From a virus, in IMG/VR virus record IMGVR_UViG_3300025133_005699, positions 1 to 64,000 of that record: a stretch of DNA of 64,000 nucleotides. The stretch is one strand, 5' to 3'. A program made the position numbers and the translations under genes. Below are positions 37,801 through 48,500 of the stretch, piece by piece. Within the stretch, counting starts at the first letter, position 1; every line of letters begins with the position of its first letter. The notes under the pieces were generated by a model. That model saw nothing but the letters and a program-made list of their open reading frames with translations. It searched no databases and had not been told where the DNA came from.

Positions 37801-40800
37801 CCTGTTGGATGATGGAGCAGTTCAGCTCGGAACTGGCCTAGCAGACGCCGCCAAAGGAATAGGCTCTATAGACAATATAATGATAGAAGCCCTTACGGCA
37901 TCATTAGCCCCTTTCACAGCAGCTATGGCAGATGCTTCCAAGGGAATTAGCGCTGTTGACAACATAATGAACACCACTATGACAGGAGCAATGGCACCAC
38001 TCAAAACATCACTGTCATTGCTTGATGGAGAATTTAAGAAGTTTGGTAAAGAGCTAATGCTTAAGCTCAAATATTTTGATATTTTAAAGAAAGCCAATAC
38101 TGATCTAGTTACCGTTATGAACGATCTCGGCAAGAAGCTTATAGAAAAGGGTGATGATTTTGACATATTGAAACCACCTATTGCCACTGTCGAGCAGGCA
38201 CTTATTAGGGTTTCTGGTTACCTGAACAACTTTTATCAGATCTTTACGCCACTTGCGGGGGCTGTGCGGCAACTTTCTGTCGCCATGCAGAATCAGGCGG
38301 GAACAATAGCTGCAAGCGGTGCAGGAGTTGCGGCAGGAGCGGGCGGTGCGGCACTACAGGGGCCCATGACTCAGCTAGCCGCGAACATGTCTAGGGCAGC
38401 CAAAATTATGAGCAATATTGCAATCATTGGTGCTAGCCTTCAGCGGGCGATGGCTAATATGGTTGCGTCCCTTAATTCGGGTAAAGGTAGTATAAATAAT
38501 ATAACTATTAATTCCGCAGCCACAGCTCAGGAATTAGCCGAGCTAAAGGCTGAACTAGCAAAGGCCCAAGCTAGAATACTAGAGTTGGAAACTGCCGCAG
38601 CGCAAGCCTCCACCCAAATGAAAAAGACTGGCGCTAGTGGTGGCGCAGCCGCCGGAGGCATGATGATGGGTGGTGGTGGTGGTGGTGGTGGCCAAATGGG
38701 GAACAACCTAATGATGGCGGGCATGGCGGCGGGGATGGTTGCCCAGAGCATGGACGGGCTGAACGACAAAACAAAAACTTTCGTGACAGATCTTACCATG
38801 ATTGGTATGATGTTGGGGATGGTTGCAATGTCCTTTTCTCCTATACTAGCGGGCCTGTTTGTACTGACTGGATCTTCGACCACAGCCGCTGCGGCACTTT
38901 CCGCACAGACTGCGGCGACAGCTGTTGAAGTTGCGGCATCTGAAGCGGCGACTTTAGCGAAAATGCAGGAGACAGGTGCCGGATTCTCCGCAGCCGCGAT
39001 AGATGCACAGAAAACGGTTGCCGGTGGTGCTGCTACCATAGCCGATAGACTCAAAACCGTTGCTGCCGCCGATGCGGCGAAGGCAGATGCAATGAAAGCC
39101 AGTGCCGCCATGCTGGCAGGCGGAGTTATGGCAGGTATGGCGATAGCCGCCACTTATGTTATAATGAGAAGTAAGGCGCTTGGTGAACAGGCGAAAAAGC
39201 TAACCGAGGAATATCAAGATTCTATAAAAGGGTTGCAGGAGGGTGGCGCAGGTACGAATCTCGCAGACGCTCAGGCTAAAGTTAGAGCTGCCCTTCAGAA
39301 AGAGGCAGAAGCCGCTGGGGCTACATTCAGTGGTTTCTTAGCGATGACGGCAGCGGCTATTGTAGTTGTCGTCTCTGCGATTGCCCTATTTATCGCGGGG
39401 GTTGCCACGGGTGGTCTGGCTTGGGCGGCTGCGGCAGCCATTTTTATTGGGGCGGCTGGAGCTGCTGGGGCGGAAATAGGGGCGGCGTTTGCAACGGCCG
39501 AGGAGGCGATAGGGGCGTCTACTGACGCTTTAGTAGCATCAACGTTCCATGCCGCCACAGCTCTGAACGGACTTACTGCGGCAAACCAAGCTATGGAACT
39601 TGAGCAGCTTAGCGGCGTTGCGTTAATGGAGAGACAAGGACAGGCTTTTGACGACTTCTATGCTTCTTCTCTCCAAGCCGCCGGAGCTATGGCGTCTTTT
39701 CAGGGGATGGAAGCTGGTATGGATCAGGAGTTCAGGGGTGAGATGATGGACTCAGACGTCTTTGAGGCCGTCAAGGATGGTGGGGTTGATGCAATGAAGG
39801 AGTTAAGTCAGGCATGGTTTAAAATGGCTTCCGACATGAAGAACGGCATGAATAGTGCTGTAGACGAAATGATTAAAGGTGGTAAATCTGCCAAAGACGC
39901 GATGGATAGCGCCGCAATACAGGGTCAGCTTAAAAAGTACGGAGCTGCCGTCGAGATGGCTACGCGACTCCAGATGATGATGAGCGGACTCCAAAAACAA
40001 GCAGCTAAACAGCAGCTGGGGCTTGCTGGCATGACAGACGCAGAAATGTCTCGGGCTCAGCGCCTTCAGGTGATGGCGAGGGAAAAAGAGCTTATAGATG
40101 CGCAATCCGCTGATACAGCTAAGAAAGCGTCAGCCGCTCAAGAAAAATCAATGCGGGACAGGTTAGAAGCTGAGGCAAAAGCGAAAAAGGCTGCGGCAGA
40201 AAAGCTCGCTGCGGACATAGCTCTCGCAAAACAGGCATATCGATCTGCTTTAGCGTTAAGCACGTTTGAGGTTGCCATGGTTGGGCTGAGCGGCGCGATG
40301 AGCATGGCAGATATGGAATTTGGGGCCCTTACCGGCAGTATAAAACAGTTTAAATCAGTTAACGATAAACTAATTTCCACCTTAGCCTCTGGAAATGTTT
40401 CTCCCGAGGCTGAACAAGCAGCAATGGCTACGGCTGGCCAATTTGGACTAGAGGGGGAGACAGTCGCTCTTATTCAAAAAATGAAAGATAACGAAAAAAT
40501 ACGAAAAGTATTGACCGAAAAGGGGATGGAGGCATTTAGTGGAGCACTTGAGGAGAGCGCAGCAAATTTAAGGTTTGATGAATTCATGAGAGATCAGGGT
40601 ATTGATCTGTCTGGACTTGACGCTGACATAAGAACAGAAATTATGAATATGCTAGAGGATGGGCTTCAGCCGGGCGAGATTGAAGAAATCATGAATAAAA
40701 TAAATGGCGCCAATGAAGAGCAGATAAAGGTGCTTGCGGAACTAGCCAAAGCACAGAATGATTATGTTGGTGCTCTGTTTAAATTTGGTGGTGAGGTAGT

Positions 40801-43800
40801 AAAGCTCAATGAACTATATGCTAAGGCTATTAGTAATGTAATTAGCGTCCAGCTAAAGGGAGCAGAGCGCCTAGCTAAGGCTCAAGGAAGAGACATGACC
40901 GTGGGAGATGTTAGGGCGGCAGAAGAAGCTAAAAGAAGAGCGCCATTACAGGCAAGAGGTCTTGTTGGAGGTGGAGTCGGCGCTACGCAAATACAGCTAG
41001 AAAGAAACAGACAGAAGGCTAGGGAGCTGGCCAATAGAGTTAAGGCAGAGGCTGAGGGCGGTCAAGACGCAGAAACAATAACCAATCTACAAAACGAACA
41101 AAAAAACCTAGCATCTGAGACCAACGCTCTTACGGAGAACCTTAAGAAACTTTCAGATCAGTCTAAGTTGGCCGCCGCCATTATGGGCGAGATAGATAAA
41201 GAAAAGGGAAAACGGGAGACAATAAGAGGTTTAATCTCCGAGTTTACCTTTGCTAGTAATCAGGGCCGGAAGGATATGGATAGGAATTTCATGGCTCTCC
41301 AGAGGGTGATGGAGACTGGGAGCTTGAATAGTATTCCGGACGAGATGAGGTCTGCTGTTGGAGGGTTATTAGGAACCCTTGAGGATATAGCGATTGGGCC
41401 ACAAGGTCAAACGGGTGGAGAAATCAAGAAGATGCTAGAGATGCAGATGGCTAACCAGCTTAAGATTAGAGCTACTGGTAGGCCGCTTACTGCGGAAGAG
41501 ATGCAGAGAATATTTGATAAAACAACAAAAGAAGAGAAACTTATAGATGACCTAAAAGCTCTTAATGCCGAAGAGGTTGCGGCGGCGACGGCTCTCGCTG
41601 ATCATCAAGCAGATAAGATTGACGACTTGTTGGTGGGAATTGAGAGACTCATTGCAACCCTAGAGGCTGCGCAAGCGAATGCTGGTAATGCGGCACAAGG
41701 TGCGATGCAGCAGATGCAGATACAAGGGCCTATGCATGGAGGGTTAATTCAGAGATTCGCAGAGGGTGGAACAACAAAAGCAGCAAGATATACATCGAGC
41801 AGTAAAAATATGTTCCAGCCGCGAGGCACAGATACTGTTCCCGCCATGCTTACTCCGGGTGAGTTTGTTATGCAGAAGAGCGCCGTGGATAGTATTGGGT
41901 TATCAACCCTAAGTTCTATGAATAGTGGCAAGAAGCCTATCTATAGGCAGGCGGGTGGTCCTGTTACGAGTTGGACGAATTTTAACCAAGAACAACTCAA
42001 TAAAGGTGTTCAGATATCGCCAGAATTACAGAAGATCCAAGACACTATTTTAAACGGTATAACTAATAGTATTAACAGTATCGATAAGTTAAATTTTGCA
42101 GAGCTTAATCCTGCGATTGATGGTAAAAAAATAATAGAGGCCGATACGGGCTGGCCGATGGGCGGAGCGAATTGGAAAAATTTTGAAATGGATACTGGGG
42201 CTGGCGGTGCTGTTTTTCTACAAAACGGTGCCTTAGCTAGGGCTGCGCTAAACGATAAGGCGAAGCAGGGGATTAAGGCGTGGAGTCTGCTGGCAACCCC
42301 TCTTGGTGCAATCAATGACCCCCTTCTGATGGCAAACCTTATGTTACAAAAATATGAGGGAAAAGATGCTGCTAGAGCTATCCAAGCCCATAGATTCTTT
42401 TACAATAAAACATATCCGAATGGTGGCCGCATAGGAAACAATAAAAACACGCTCGCTTATGACTGGTGGGATATTGACGAAAATACTGGGACTCGTAATA
42501 CGCTAACGGCTCTTGTGACCTCTTCAAGTACAGACGACGATACGATTCAGGGGGATATTTCAGGTGGCCTTATTCAAAGCGTAATGGGTTCTGGGCAGAT
42601 TAGGGACTGGTATAAGGATGGTGGAACAGGCGACTTGGGCTATAAAGATCTCGATAATGTTAAAAATGTGGAACGCACGGGCCCAGCGATGGCAAATATA
42701 TTTAAGCAATATACCGAAAATTCTACATGGCCATGGAAATCACATTCTTCAGATCTATATGGAGGGACTAGTGTAGCCGGTATAAATTATGGACTACCCT
42801 ATCCTCCTAGCGAAGAACGTGGATTAATAATTCCAAACCGAGCAACCGCCGGAACCCTTATGGGTAATCCGGGCAAGCAACAGTTTCAATGGTTGAGTGG
42901 TTCTCGTTTTAGGGGGACCAAGTCTGTAGAACAAAACGAAGAGTACTACCGCGCTTTGCTTAAGAGTGGGGAATTTAATGATGTGAAAATGCCGCTCTTC
43001 GTTATAGATCAGCTTGCTGGGGGAGCTATGAAGTCCGCATCTTCTGCTTATGGTAGCTTTTTGCACGACAATTTATTTAACGAAGCAATGCAGGGTCAGC
43101 TTAAAGAGTTTTATACAGACCCAAACGCGGCGACCGCAGAATTTCAAATGGGCAACATAGCCAACGCACTTACAAATGCCGCATATGGTAACTGGTCGGG
43201 TACACCCAACGCACAGGCTATGCTCAAAGTTGATGGTGCGATATCCGCAATGCCAAACTTTGAGCTAGATACGGCTGCAAAATCTGGGTTTACTGGCGGG
43301 CCTTTTGGAGACACTGAGGTAGCAAAGGCCTTTAAGGGAAAAGTTGGATACATTCCTTGGAGTCTTCAGCATGAGCCAGTGTTAAATCGCGGACTACTAC
43401 AGAATCTTATGGACATGCAGGCGAATGCCACGGGGAGACTCGCCGCAGCTAACAACATAACTAACGGTTGGGGCGCAGAGTTCACAAACCTTTGGAAGAA
43501 TAGCGACGCTGAAAATAAAGGTCAGTCGGCGGAATTTCTCGCAACAAAGATTTCAGAGCTTTTTAATAAGATAGAGGGAGGAAATGATGTTTGGGGAGCA
43601 CCTCTTTTGGGTGTCATCAAACAACAACAAGAAGCCGCTGCCGCCGACGCAGCAGCACAAGAAGCCGCCGCTGTGGAAGAGGTTGAAGGTAGGGTCGTGC
43701 CAAATCTAGATGTTTTCTATGGCGGTGATGCTCAAAAAGCACAGGCTTTACTGACGGCTCTTGGAGAATATCCGGGTCGCGACAAAGCACCAAAAGGTAT

Positions 43801-45559
43801 ATATCGAATGCCAGCATACTCAGGATTACGCGGAGAGGAGGGTGTCATTGATGAAAAAACGGGCAACCCAAGGCGAATCTTCGCCATAACAGATATCAAG
43901 CGTAATAAAGATCATTTTGATGCAATGTTCCCGTTCTTTAAGGAACTCAGTAACGAGATTTTGGGTATGGCAGGACAGGGCTATATTACGTCAGCTTCTA
44001 CGGATGGAGGTGTTGGGTTTAATCCACAGAAAATGGCAGACCTTGGCGGAGGAATAGGTGGGGCGAGTAGGGATGCTCTAGCGCGTTGGTCAACGCTGGA
44101 GGATGTATCCAGTTGGTATGGTAAAGACGGACTCCCAGATAGAGAAGCAGAGAAGATGATTGGCCTGTTTTGGAATTTTAAAAAGGTAAACACAGCTCTT
44201 AAAAAGATGCAGGGAAATGCACGAACAGCAATGCGAATGGCTGAGGAGCAAAATAACGGAATGTGGGCTAGATCTGGCCTGTTTGGTGGCGATGTCAAAA
44301 ATTATCCAGACTGGCTGAAACCCGCACAAAGAAATCAACCAAATCAACGACCAAACCAACAGCCAAACCAACCCCAGCAGATTCCCCAACAAAACGCACA
44401 AGGCCAAGCATTCGCAACAGGTGGCCCAGTAGGAATAGACTGGTCTCCAAGAGGAACTGACACCGTTCCCGCGATGCTAACACCCGGCGAGTTTGTTATG
44501 AAAAAATCCGCCGTAGACAAGTACGGCATAGGCTTTATGGCTGCTATTAATGAAGGCAGAGGAGGTTCTGGAGGATATATGCACGAAGGTGGTGTTGCTA
44601 GTGGTAGTGTTTCACAGTTTGGCCCACAAGAAGACTTGCGTATCGATAGAGTGTTAAGCAACACGAAAACAACCTCCAACACCGTTAAGAAGATAGCGGG
44701 CATGATAACCAATGTGGACAATAAAACCACTAATCAGGAAGACCTATTAAATAGTTTTAACACAATGAGTGAAGCTGATTCGGCACTTTCCGCCCAAATC
44801 CAGTCGGGACTCTCCGCCATACTCAATCAGCGAATAGACCTCCCCGAAGATCTTGGTGAGGGTATTGTTGGTCGTCTAACAGGTGAATTTTTGGCTCAGC
44901 TTGGCACCCTCAGACAGGAGATGGACACAGAGCATACAGACCTAAAGAAACAAAATCGACGAATGCTGAAGCGGACGCGGGGGAATTTCGGTATATTGGC
45001 AGGCGCCATACCAGCAATGATGAGACCTTTTAATCCGGCGGGACCCCCTCAGTTTATGGCCACGGGAGGTATGGCTAGAGGAACCGACACTGTTCCCGCA
45101 ATGTTAACTCCCGGCGAATTTGTAATGAAGAAAAGCGCTGTTGATAAGTATGGCGTAGGCTTTATGAGAAGCCTTAATAATGGTGCCTCTCCTACATCAA
45201 GGTCAAGAGGTGTACAATACCTTAAAAATGGAGACTTGGCAACATCGGGTGGCGGAAACCTCTTTGCGGGGGTCGGAGATATTGTTTCTTCAATTAGTGA
45301 CTCTTTATCTGCCTTTACTCAAGCTTTTAGCTTATTTAGTGGGCTTTCTAACCTGCTAAGCAATACAATTAATAGTATGGCAGACATGAACATAACCCAT
45401 AATATTAACATTAATGGAAGCGTAAACATTCCGGGCTTCTCAAAGAGGGCAGTCAAAAAGATAATTAACGCCGTAGTTGAAGAGGTTGTTGATGACGTAG
45501 ACGCGAAGATAGACCAAGCTTTTGCAGAGCGAGACAGGAACAACGAGAACAGAACATAA
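34892..45559 (+). CDS. Tape measure protein, 3555 aa, with five repeated modules and cargo-like regions
   Basis: TP901-type N-terminal TMP domain (FEKEMLKISQVTG, INAVSKSFAVES, IATGFRTIFTRIQ), Ala-rich helical and hydrophobic spans. Confidence 0.9.
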   Translation: MSKFNLTAQLSLAPPTNVPQIVRQVNQQLQGIQMQINPVVNAKSLNQANQAVQRVGVSAKVTSKNLNTAAGSANSLGSALGAAARRFASITLATGFFLALTRALGSAVGRAIEFEKEMLKISQVTGKSVRSLRDLSNEVTRLSGNLGVSSEELLNAARTLSQAGFAADKVTGALKVLAQTDLAATFDNIKDTTEGAIAILSQFRKEVRAAGGEVQFLEMAMDSINAVSKSFAVESADLISVVRRTGGVFEAAGGKLNELIALFTSVRATTRETADTIATGFRTIFTRIQRSETIDSLRELGIVLQDTEGKFVGPMQAIARLSAGLQALDPRDFRFNEIVEQLGGFRQIGKVIPLIKQYTTSTEALAVANNAMGSTARDAGIAQQGLGNQFAQLKEKFDATVRSLADSDTFQTLATSAIKMAEAILRIVDALEPLLPMLTALAAFKLGQIAIPAFGKFAGISANAGGKIHGFAGGGMVPGRGNRDTVPAMLEPGEFVMRKSAVKKIGANNIAQMNNGYAAGGIVTGRRNNYGFKPNKKTFDKALTPEDKARLLGTSELASKETSEDAKVLAAIGKANATYGLSTGTVPGGFSLDASTKQVKEITSDKPLGSIPLTKMTAKDFQIFAKGIMAKVPGSTIDDVAQAQRSGVTTNATMQASSYPIASIVESGVRSQVDSDLQASAAQGLKDSVEETISRLQSSDAGATVKNMGLTLSRGAAQRAATTTSKDEQAVSSMVGFLFEGVIDAMSGATPAGERASFDLPRESVSSARPELVKLFGSQANQMKMAEVKSSFGKLSQIPTKLKTFIGEQSKVGQRTTGIDLKRVGFAKGGKPKGTDTVPAMLTPGEFVMKKSAAQGIGYSNLHRMNQSNGVNGYAAGGIVTGTRGFYGNGVPGGGASIGTIPGIESASKGFTQLAKSIGDLVGQLIRAGESITLGANSASEKLVQGANVLGPELSQAGQAFIGLPATILNLLDDGAVQLGTGLADAAKGIGSIDNIMIEALTASLAPFTAAMADASKGISAVDNIMNTTMTGAMAPLKTSLSLLDGEFKKFGKELMLKLKYFDILKKANTDLVTVMNDLGKKLIEKGDDFDILKPPIATVEQALIRVSGYLNNFYQIFTPLAGAVRQLSVAMQNQAGTIAASGAGVAAGAGGAALQGPMTQLAANMSRAAKIMSNIAIIGASLQRAMANMVASLNSGKGSINNITINSAATAQELAELKAELAKAQARILELETAAAQASTQMKKTGASGGAAAGGMMMGGGGGGGGQMGNNLMMAGMAAGMVAQSMDGLNDKTKTFVTDLTMIGMMLGMVAMSFSPILAGLFVLTGSSTTAAAALSAQTAATAVEVAASEAATLAKMQETGAGFSAAAIDAQKTVAGGAATIADRLKTVAAADAAKADAMKASAAMLAGGVMAGMAIAATYVIMRSKALGEQAKKLTEEYQDSIKGLQEGGAGTNLADAQAKVRAALQKEAEAAGATFSGFLAMTAAAIVVVVSAIALFIAGVATGGLAWAAAAAIFIGAAGAAGAEIGAAFATAEEAIGASTDALVASTFHAATALNGLTAANQAMELEQLSGVALMERQGQAFDDFYASSLQAAGAMASFQGMEAGMDQEFRGEMMDSDVFEAVKDGGVDAMKELSQAWFKMASDMKNGMNSAVDEMIKGGKSAKDAMDSAAIQGQLKKYGAAVEMATRLQMMMSGLQKQAAKQQLGLAGMTDAEMSRAQRLQVMAREKELIDAQSADTAKKASAAQEKSMRDRLEAEAKAKKAAAEKLAADIALAKQAYRSALALSTFEVAMVGLSGAMSMADMEFGALTGSIKQFKSVNDKLISTLASGNVSPEAEQAAMATAGQFGLEGETVALIQKMKDNEKIRKVLTEKGMEAFSGALEESAANLRFDEFMRDQGIDLSGLDADIRTEIMNMLEDGLQPGEIEEIMNKINGANEEQIKVLAELAKAQNDYVGALFKFGGEVVKLNELYAKAISNVISVQLKGAERLAKAQGRDMTVGDVRAAEEAKRRAPLQARGLVGGGVGATQIQLERNRQKARELANRVKAEAEGGQDAETITNLQNEQKNLASETNALTENLKKLSDQSKLAAAIMGEIDKEKGKRETIRGLISEFTFASNQGRKDMDRNFMALQRVMETGSLNSIPDEMRSAVGGLLGTLEDIAIGPQGQTGGEIKKMLEMQMANQLKIRATGRPLTAEEMQRIFDKTTKEEKLIDDLKALNAEEVAAATALADHQADKIDDLLVGIERLIATLEAAQANAGNAAQGAMQQMQIQGPMHGGLIQRFAEGGTTKAARYTSSSKNMFQPRGTDTVPAMLTPGEFVMQKSAVDSIGLSTLSSMNSGKKPIYRQAGGPVTSWTNFNQEQLNKGVQISPELQKIQDTILNGITNSINSIDKLNFAELNPAIDGKKIIEADTGWPMGGANWKNFEMDTGAGGAVFLQNGALARAALNDKAKQGIKAWSLLATPLGAINDPLLMANLMLQKYEGKDAARAIQAHRFFYNKTYPNGGRIGNNKNTLAYDWWDIDENTGTRNTLTALVTSSSTDDDTIQGDISGGLIQSVMGSGQIRDWYKDGGTGDLGYKDLDNVKNVERTGPAMANIFKQYTENSTWPWKSHSSDLYGGTSVAGINYGLPYPPSEERGLIIPNRATAGTLMGNPGKQQFQWLSGSRFRGTKSVEQNEEYYRALLKSGEFNDVKMPLFVIDQLAGGAMKSASSAYGSFLHDNLFNEAMQGQLKEFYTDPNAATAEFQMGNIANALTNAAYGNWSGTPNAQAMLKVDGAISAMPNFELDTAAKSGFTGGPFGDTEVAKAFKGKVGYIPWSLQHEPVLNRGLLQNLMDMQANATGRLAAANNITNGWGAEFTNLWKNSDAENKGQSAEFLATKISELFNKIEGGNDVWGAPLLGVIKQQQEAAAADAAAQEAAAVEEVEGRVVPNLDVFYGGDAQKAQALLTALGEYPGRDKAPKGIYRMPAYSGLRGEEGVIDEKTGNPRRIFAITDIKRNKDHFDAMFPFFKELSNEILGMAGQGYITSASTDGGVGFNPQKMADLGGGIGGASRDALARWSTLEDVSSWYGKDGLPDREAEKMIGLFWNFKKVNTALKKMQGNARTAMRMAEEQNNGMWARSGLFGGDVKNYPDWLKPAQRNQPNQRPNQQPNQPQQIPQQNAQGQAFATGGPVGIDWSPRGTDTVPAMLTPGEFVMKKSAVDKYGIGFMAAINEGRGGSGGYMHEGGVASGSVSQFGPQEDLRIDRVLSNTKTTSNTVKKIAGMITNVDNKTTNQEDLLNSFNTMSEADSALSAQIQSGLSAILNQRIDLPEDLGEGIVGRLTGEFLAQLGTLRQEMDTEHTDLKKQNRRMLKRTRGNFGILAGAIPAMMRPFNPAGPPQFMATGGMARGTDTVPAMLTPGEFVMKKSAVDKYGVGFMRSLNNGASPTSRSRGVQYLKNGDLATSGGGNLFAGVGDIVSSISDSLSAFTQAFSLFSGLSNLLSNTINSMADMNITHNININGSVNIPGFSKRAVKKIINAVVEEVVDDVDAKIDQAFAERDRNNENRT
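36302..36454 (+). repeat. TMP module 1
   Basis: FAGGG..RDTVPAMLEPGEFVMRKSAV..IG..MN.GYAAGG. Confidence 0.9.
37367..37525 (+). repeat. TMP module 2
   Basis: FAKGG..GTDTVPAMLTPGEFVMKKSAA..IG..MN..GYAAGG. Confidence 0.9.
41756..41959 (+). repeat. TMP module 3
   Basis: FAEGG..GTDTVPAMLTPGEFVMQKSAV..IG..MN..YRQAGG. Confidence 0.9.
44411..44593 (+). repeat. TMP module 4
   Basis: FATGG..GTDTVPAMLTPGEFVMKKSAVDKYG..IN..YMHEGG. Confidence 0.9.
45053..45232 (+). repeat. TMP module 5
   Basis: FMATGG..GTDTVPAMLTPGEFVMKKSAVDKYG..LN..YLKNG. Confidence 0.9.
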
Positions 45560-48500
45560 TGGCAACAAAATCACTACATATACAGAATGATCAGACCGAC
45601 GATGCTGGTGTATACCAGCGTAACAGGGGTGCGGATCTTTTTATGGAAGCTCCCGGCGGAATTCAGCAGTTTACAAACTTTGACGCCAAAGTTACGTCTT
45701 ATAACAATAGTGGTAACGAGGTCAAAGCGGGATTCTTTGATAGCCCATATAGATATAGGGAAGTGTTCAGAACATACGGCAACGCCACCAATATGCCTTT
45801 CGAGTATGAGAATGGCCAGTACTCCCCAAGCGACATAAAGATTCTTGATGATATAGCTATCGTTGCCTATAAAGAGCATAGCCAATCAGTTTATACTGTT
45901 AATCAGGAACTAGAAGGCGGGCATGTCATTATAAAAGTTACATATGAAAAGACTGGCGAAAAGGTTGAAGCTTTTAGAAGTGTTGATCTTAATAGCGGGT
46001 TGGTCATTCCGGACCTTGGAACCGCAGCTAGAAACTTAACGGAGTTTACTGGTAGCAACGAGATACCGGGCACTAATGCTGGCATAAATGCTGGATATAG
46101 TATTCAACCTATTGGAGATGTTGCTGATGCTTTGGGGATAGGTCCGACTACTGAGAGTGGAAGTACTGGGCCATGCGCTGATGGTTTAGTAGGGGATACT
46201 TGGACTTGGAATATGTCCGAAGAGGAGCCGGGATGGACAATAACCTCTCCGGGGGAATGTGCAGCGGCAGGGTGCGGCAGCCTGCCTCCTGCTTATGAGG
46301 GGGGGTCTGATCTTGAAACAGGAGTAGGGCGTTGTGGTGTGGATGATACGATTGTATATGATCCGTTTGTATCCGATGATGATATCCCGAAGAAGGTTAA
46401 CGAGGGGGTTCAAGGTTGCGCAGGTCCGACAATGCCCGCAGACGCACTAGAGAATAAAGACAGCGCAATATTCTTCAGTCAGGTAAAGAACAAAAAGGGC
46501 GAAATTATTGACGTTCTTCAGGGGCTTGTGGTTGATTTTACACACGGTTCAACACCTGATGACGCAACACTGTTAAGCCTCAAGAGCATGTCTAATGCTA
46601 ACTTGATATGGGTAGATGAGTGCTCCGCCGATTACGTGACTTACTATTATAAGGTTCCGGTCCCGCTGTCAGGTTACTACTACCAATACGGACAGAAGAC
46701 CCAGTGCGGAAGAGTGGATATTTTTGAGCGGCGTAGCGGGACTATAACAGCTGTTGACGGGAATAAGATTACGGTAACAGGACCAACTGGAGATGGTGAG
46801 TTTGATATTCATCTGCTGAATGACTACGATAGAATTAAAATTGTTTCTGGGGTAAACGAAACTAAAAAAGATCACCCCCATCCTATTAACGGAATTAAGT
46901 ACGTTAAACGACTTCCTGATTTGTATAATTCTGAAACAGAGAAATATGATATCCCTGTGGATAATCAGTATTATATATATGATGATGAAAACTTAACAAT
47001 GGAAACAGAGACCTCGTCTCTTAGGGGTACCGATGGGCTACTATGGGCTTTTCAGCCGGACGACCCTAACTCTCGCACCGCAATGCCGTGGAGCACCGCT
47101 GGTTCGAACAAAGGCGCAGTTGGGGTTTGGAGATATAAGCAAACATTGTTTTCCCCTCACGGCCTCAACGGAGATGGTGTGATATCTCGCGGGACTACAC
47201 CCTATATAAACGCGATGGGCATAGCGCCAATATCTGATTATGGGGGTGGATATGATGGCGCAATGGAGGACGATATAGAAAGAGTCAGCGATATTCGCAA
47301 TGCTATGCATTTAATGGCGTGGGGATATAGGTTTGGTCAGGCAATAGATATTATAAAACAGCCCGGCACAGATTATTACTGGCTTGCTATTAGCGAGCTG
47401 GGGAATATAGCCAATGCAGATAGTGGAATGACTTATTTTGGGGAGATTCAGACTGTTACTGGCATGAGCCCTGTAGTTAACGTTCCGACTTACGATGAGG
47501 AGGGCAAAATTAACGGATATATAAAACGAGGTATAGGTCTACAAGCAGCTATTGACTTCGGTCTAGATCCCACAACGAAGGGGCTAGCCACGATATTTAT
47601 AAATCATGAGACTGGTAAATATGATCAATCTATCGACTGGAACAACATAGGAAACTATTCTTACGGCGGGTTCGAGGATGATATAAAAAGCGCGAAGAAG
47701 GGTATAACCACAACTATTGTTTCTCCCTTTGGGTATCAATCCGTTCCGCCACTTAGCAAAGGATATGGGAAGGTTTGGCTTTACAAGGTAAGCATGAATA
47801 GTGCTGACTCTGCTATTCAGGCAATAGAAACCCCTGAGGAGATTAATGCGGGAACAAGAAATGGTCACGTTTCCTCAACTTCCGTTTTTACAAGGCGCCT
47901 GATGGATGTGTTCGCAACGGTCGGAGGTTTGTACTGGTTTAGAGCATGGATTTCTAACCTTAAGGCTGGACTGACTGGGTCGCCAAAACATTTCAAGACC
48001 CATAGAAGTAATGTCAACACCGGCAGTTTTGGCACCACGGCTTCTGATCAAATCCATTATAATTTTGGATACCCCGAAAGATGGGCACCTTCATGGATAG
48101 ATGGAGACGAAGACGAATATGGAAATCCGGGCGGATTTGATTCGGGTACGGGTGCTGATCTGCCCGACGGCGGTATGATGGGCGGCATGGGTATGGGCGG
48201 TGACGGTATGGGCGGTGACGGTATGGGCGGTGACGGTATGGGCGGTGACGGTGGCGACGGAGTCGAACCTGTCAGTCGTTCCGCTGGTACAAACCTATTG
48301 TTTGTTAAGTCGCAGAAGTTCGTAGCTGAGCTAATTACATATCAAGAAGAGTTCTCAAAAACGTGGGGCGATTCCGACGGGGGTGTTGATTTGTTTCGAG
48401 AATGGGTGATTCCTTATTATAGGACTAACGAGTCTCCGTTTCACCCCTATCAAACATCCATGAATGCCATGACTAATGGCTTTAAATTCGCTGACGGGTT

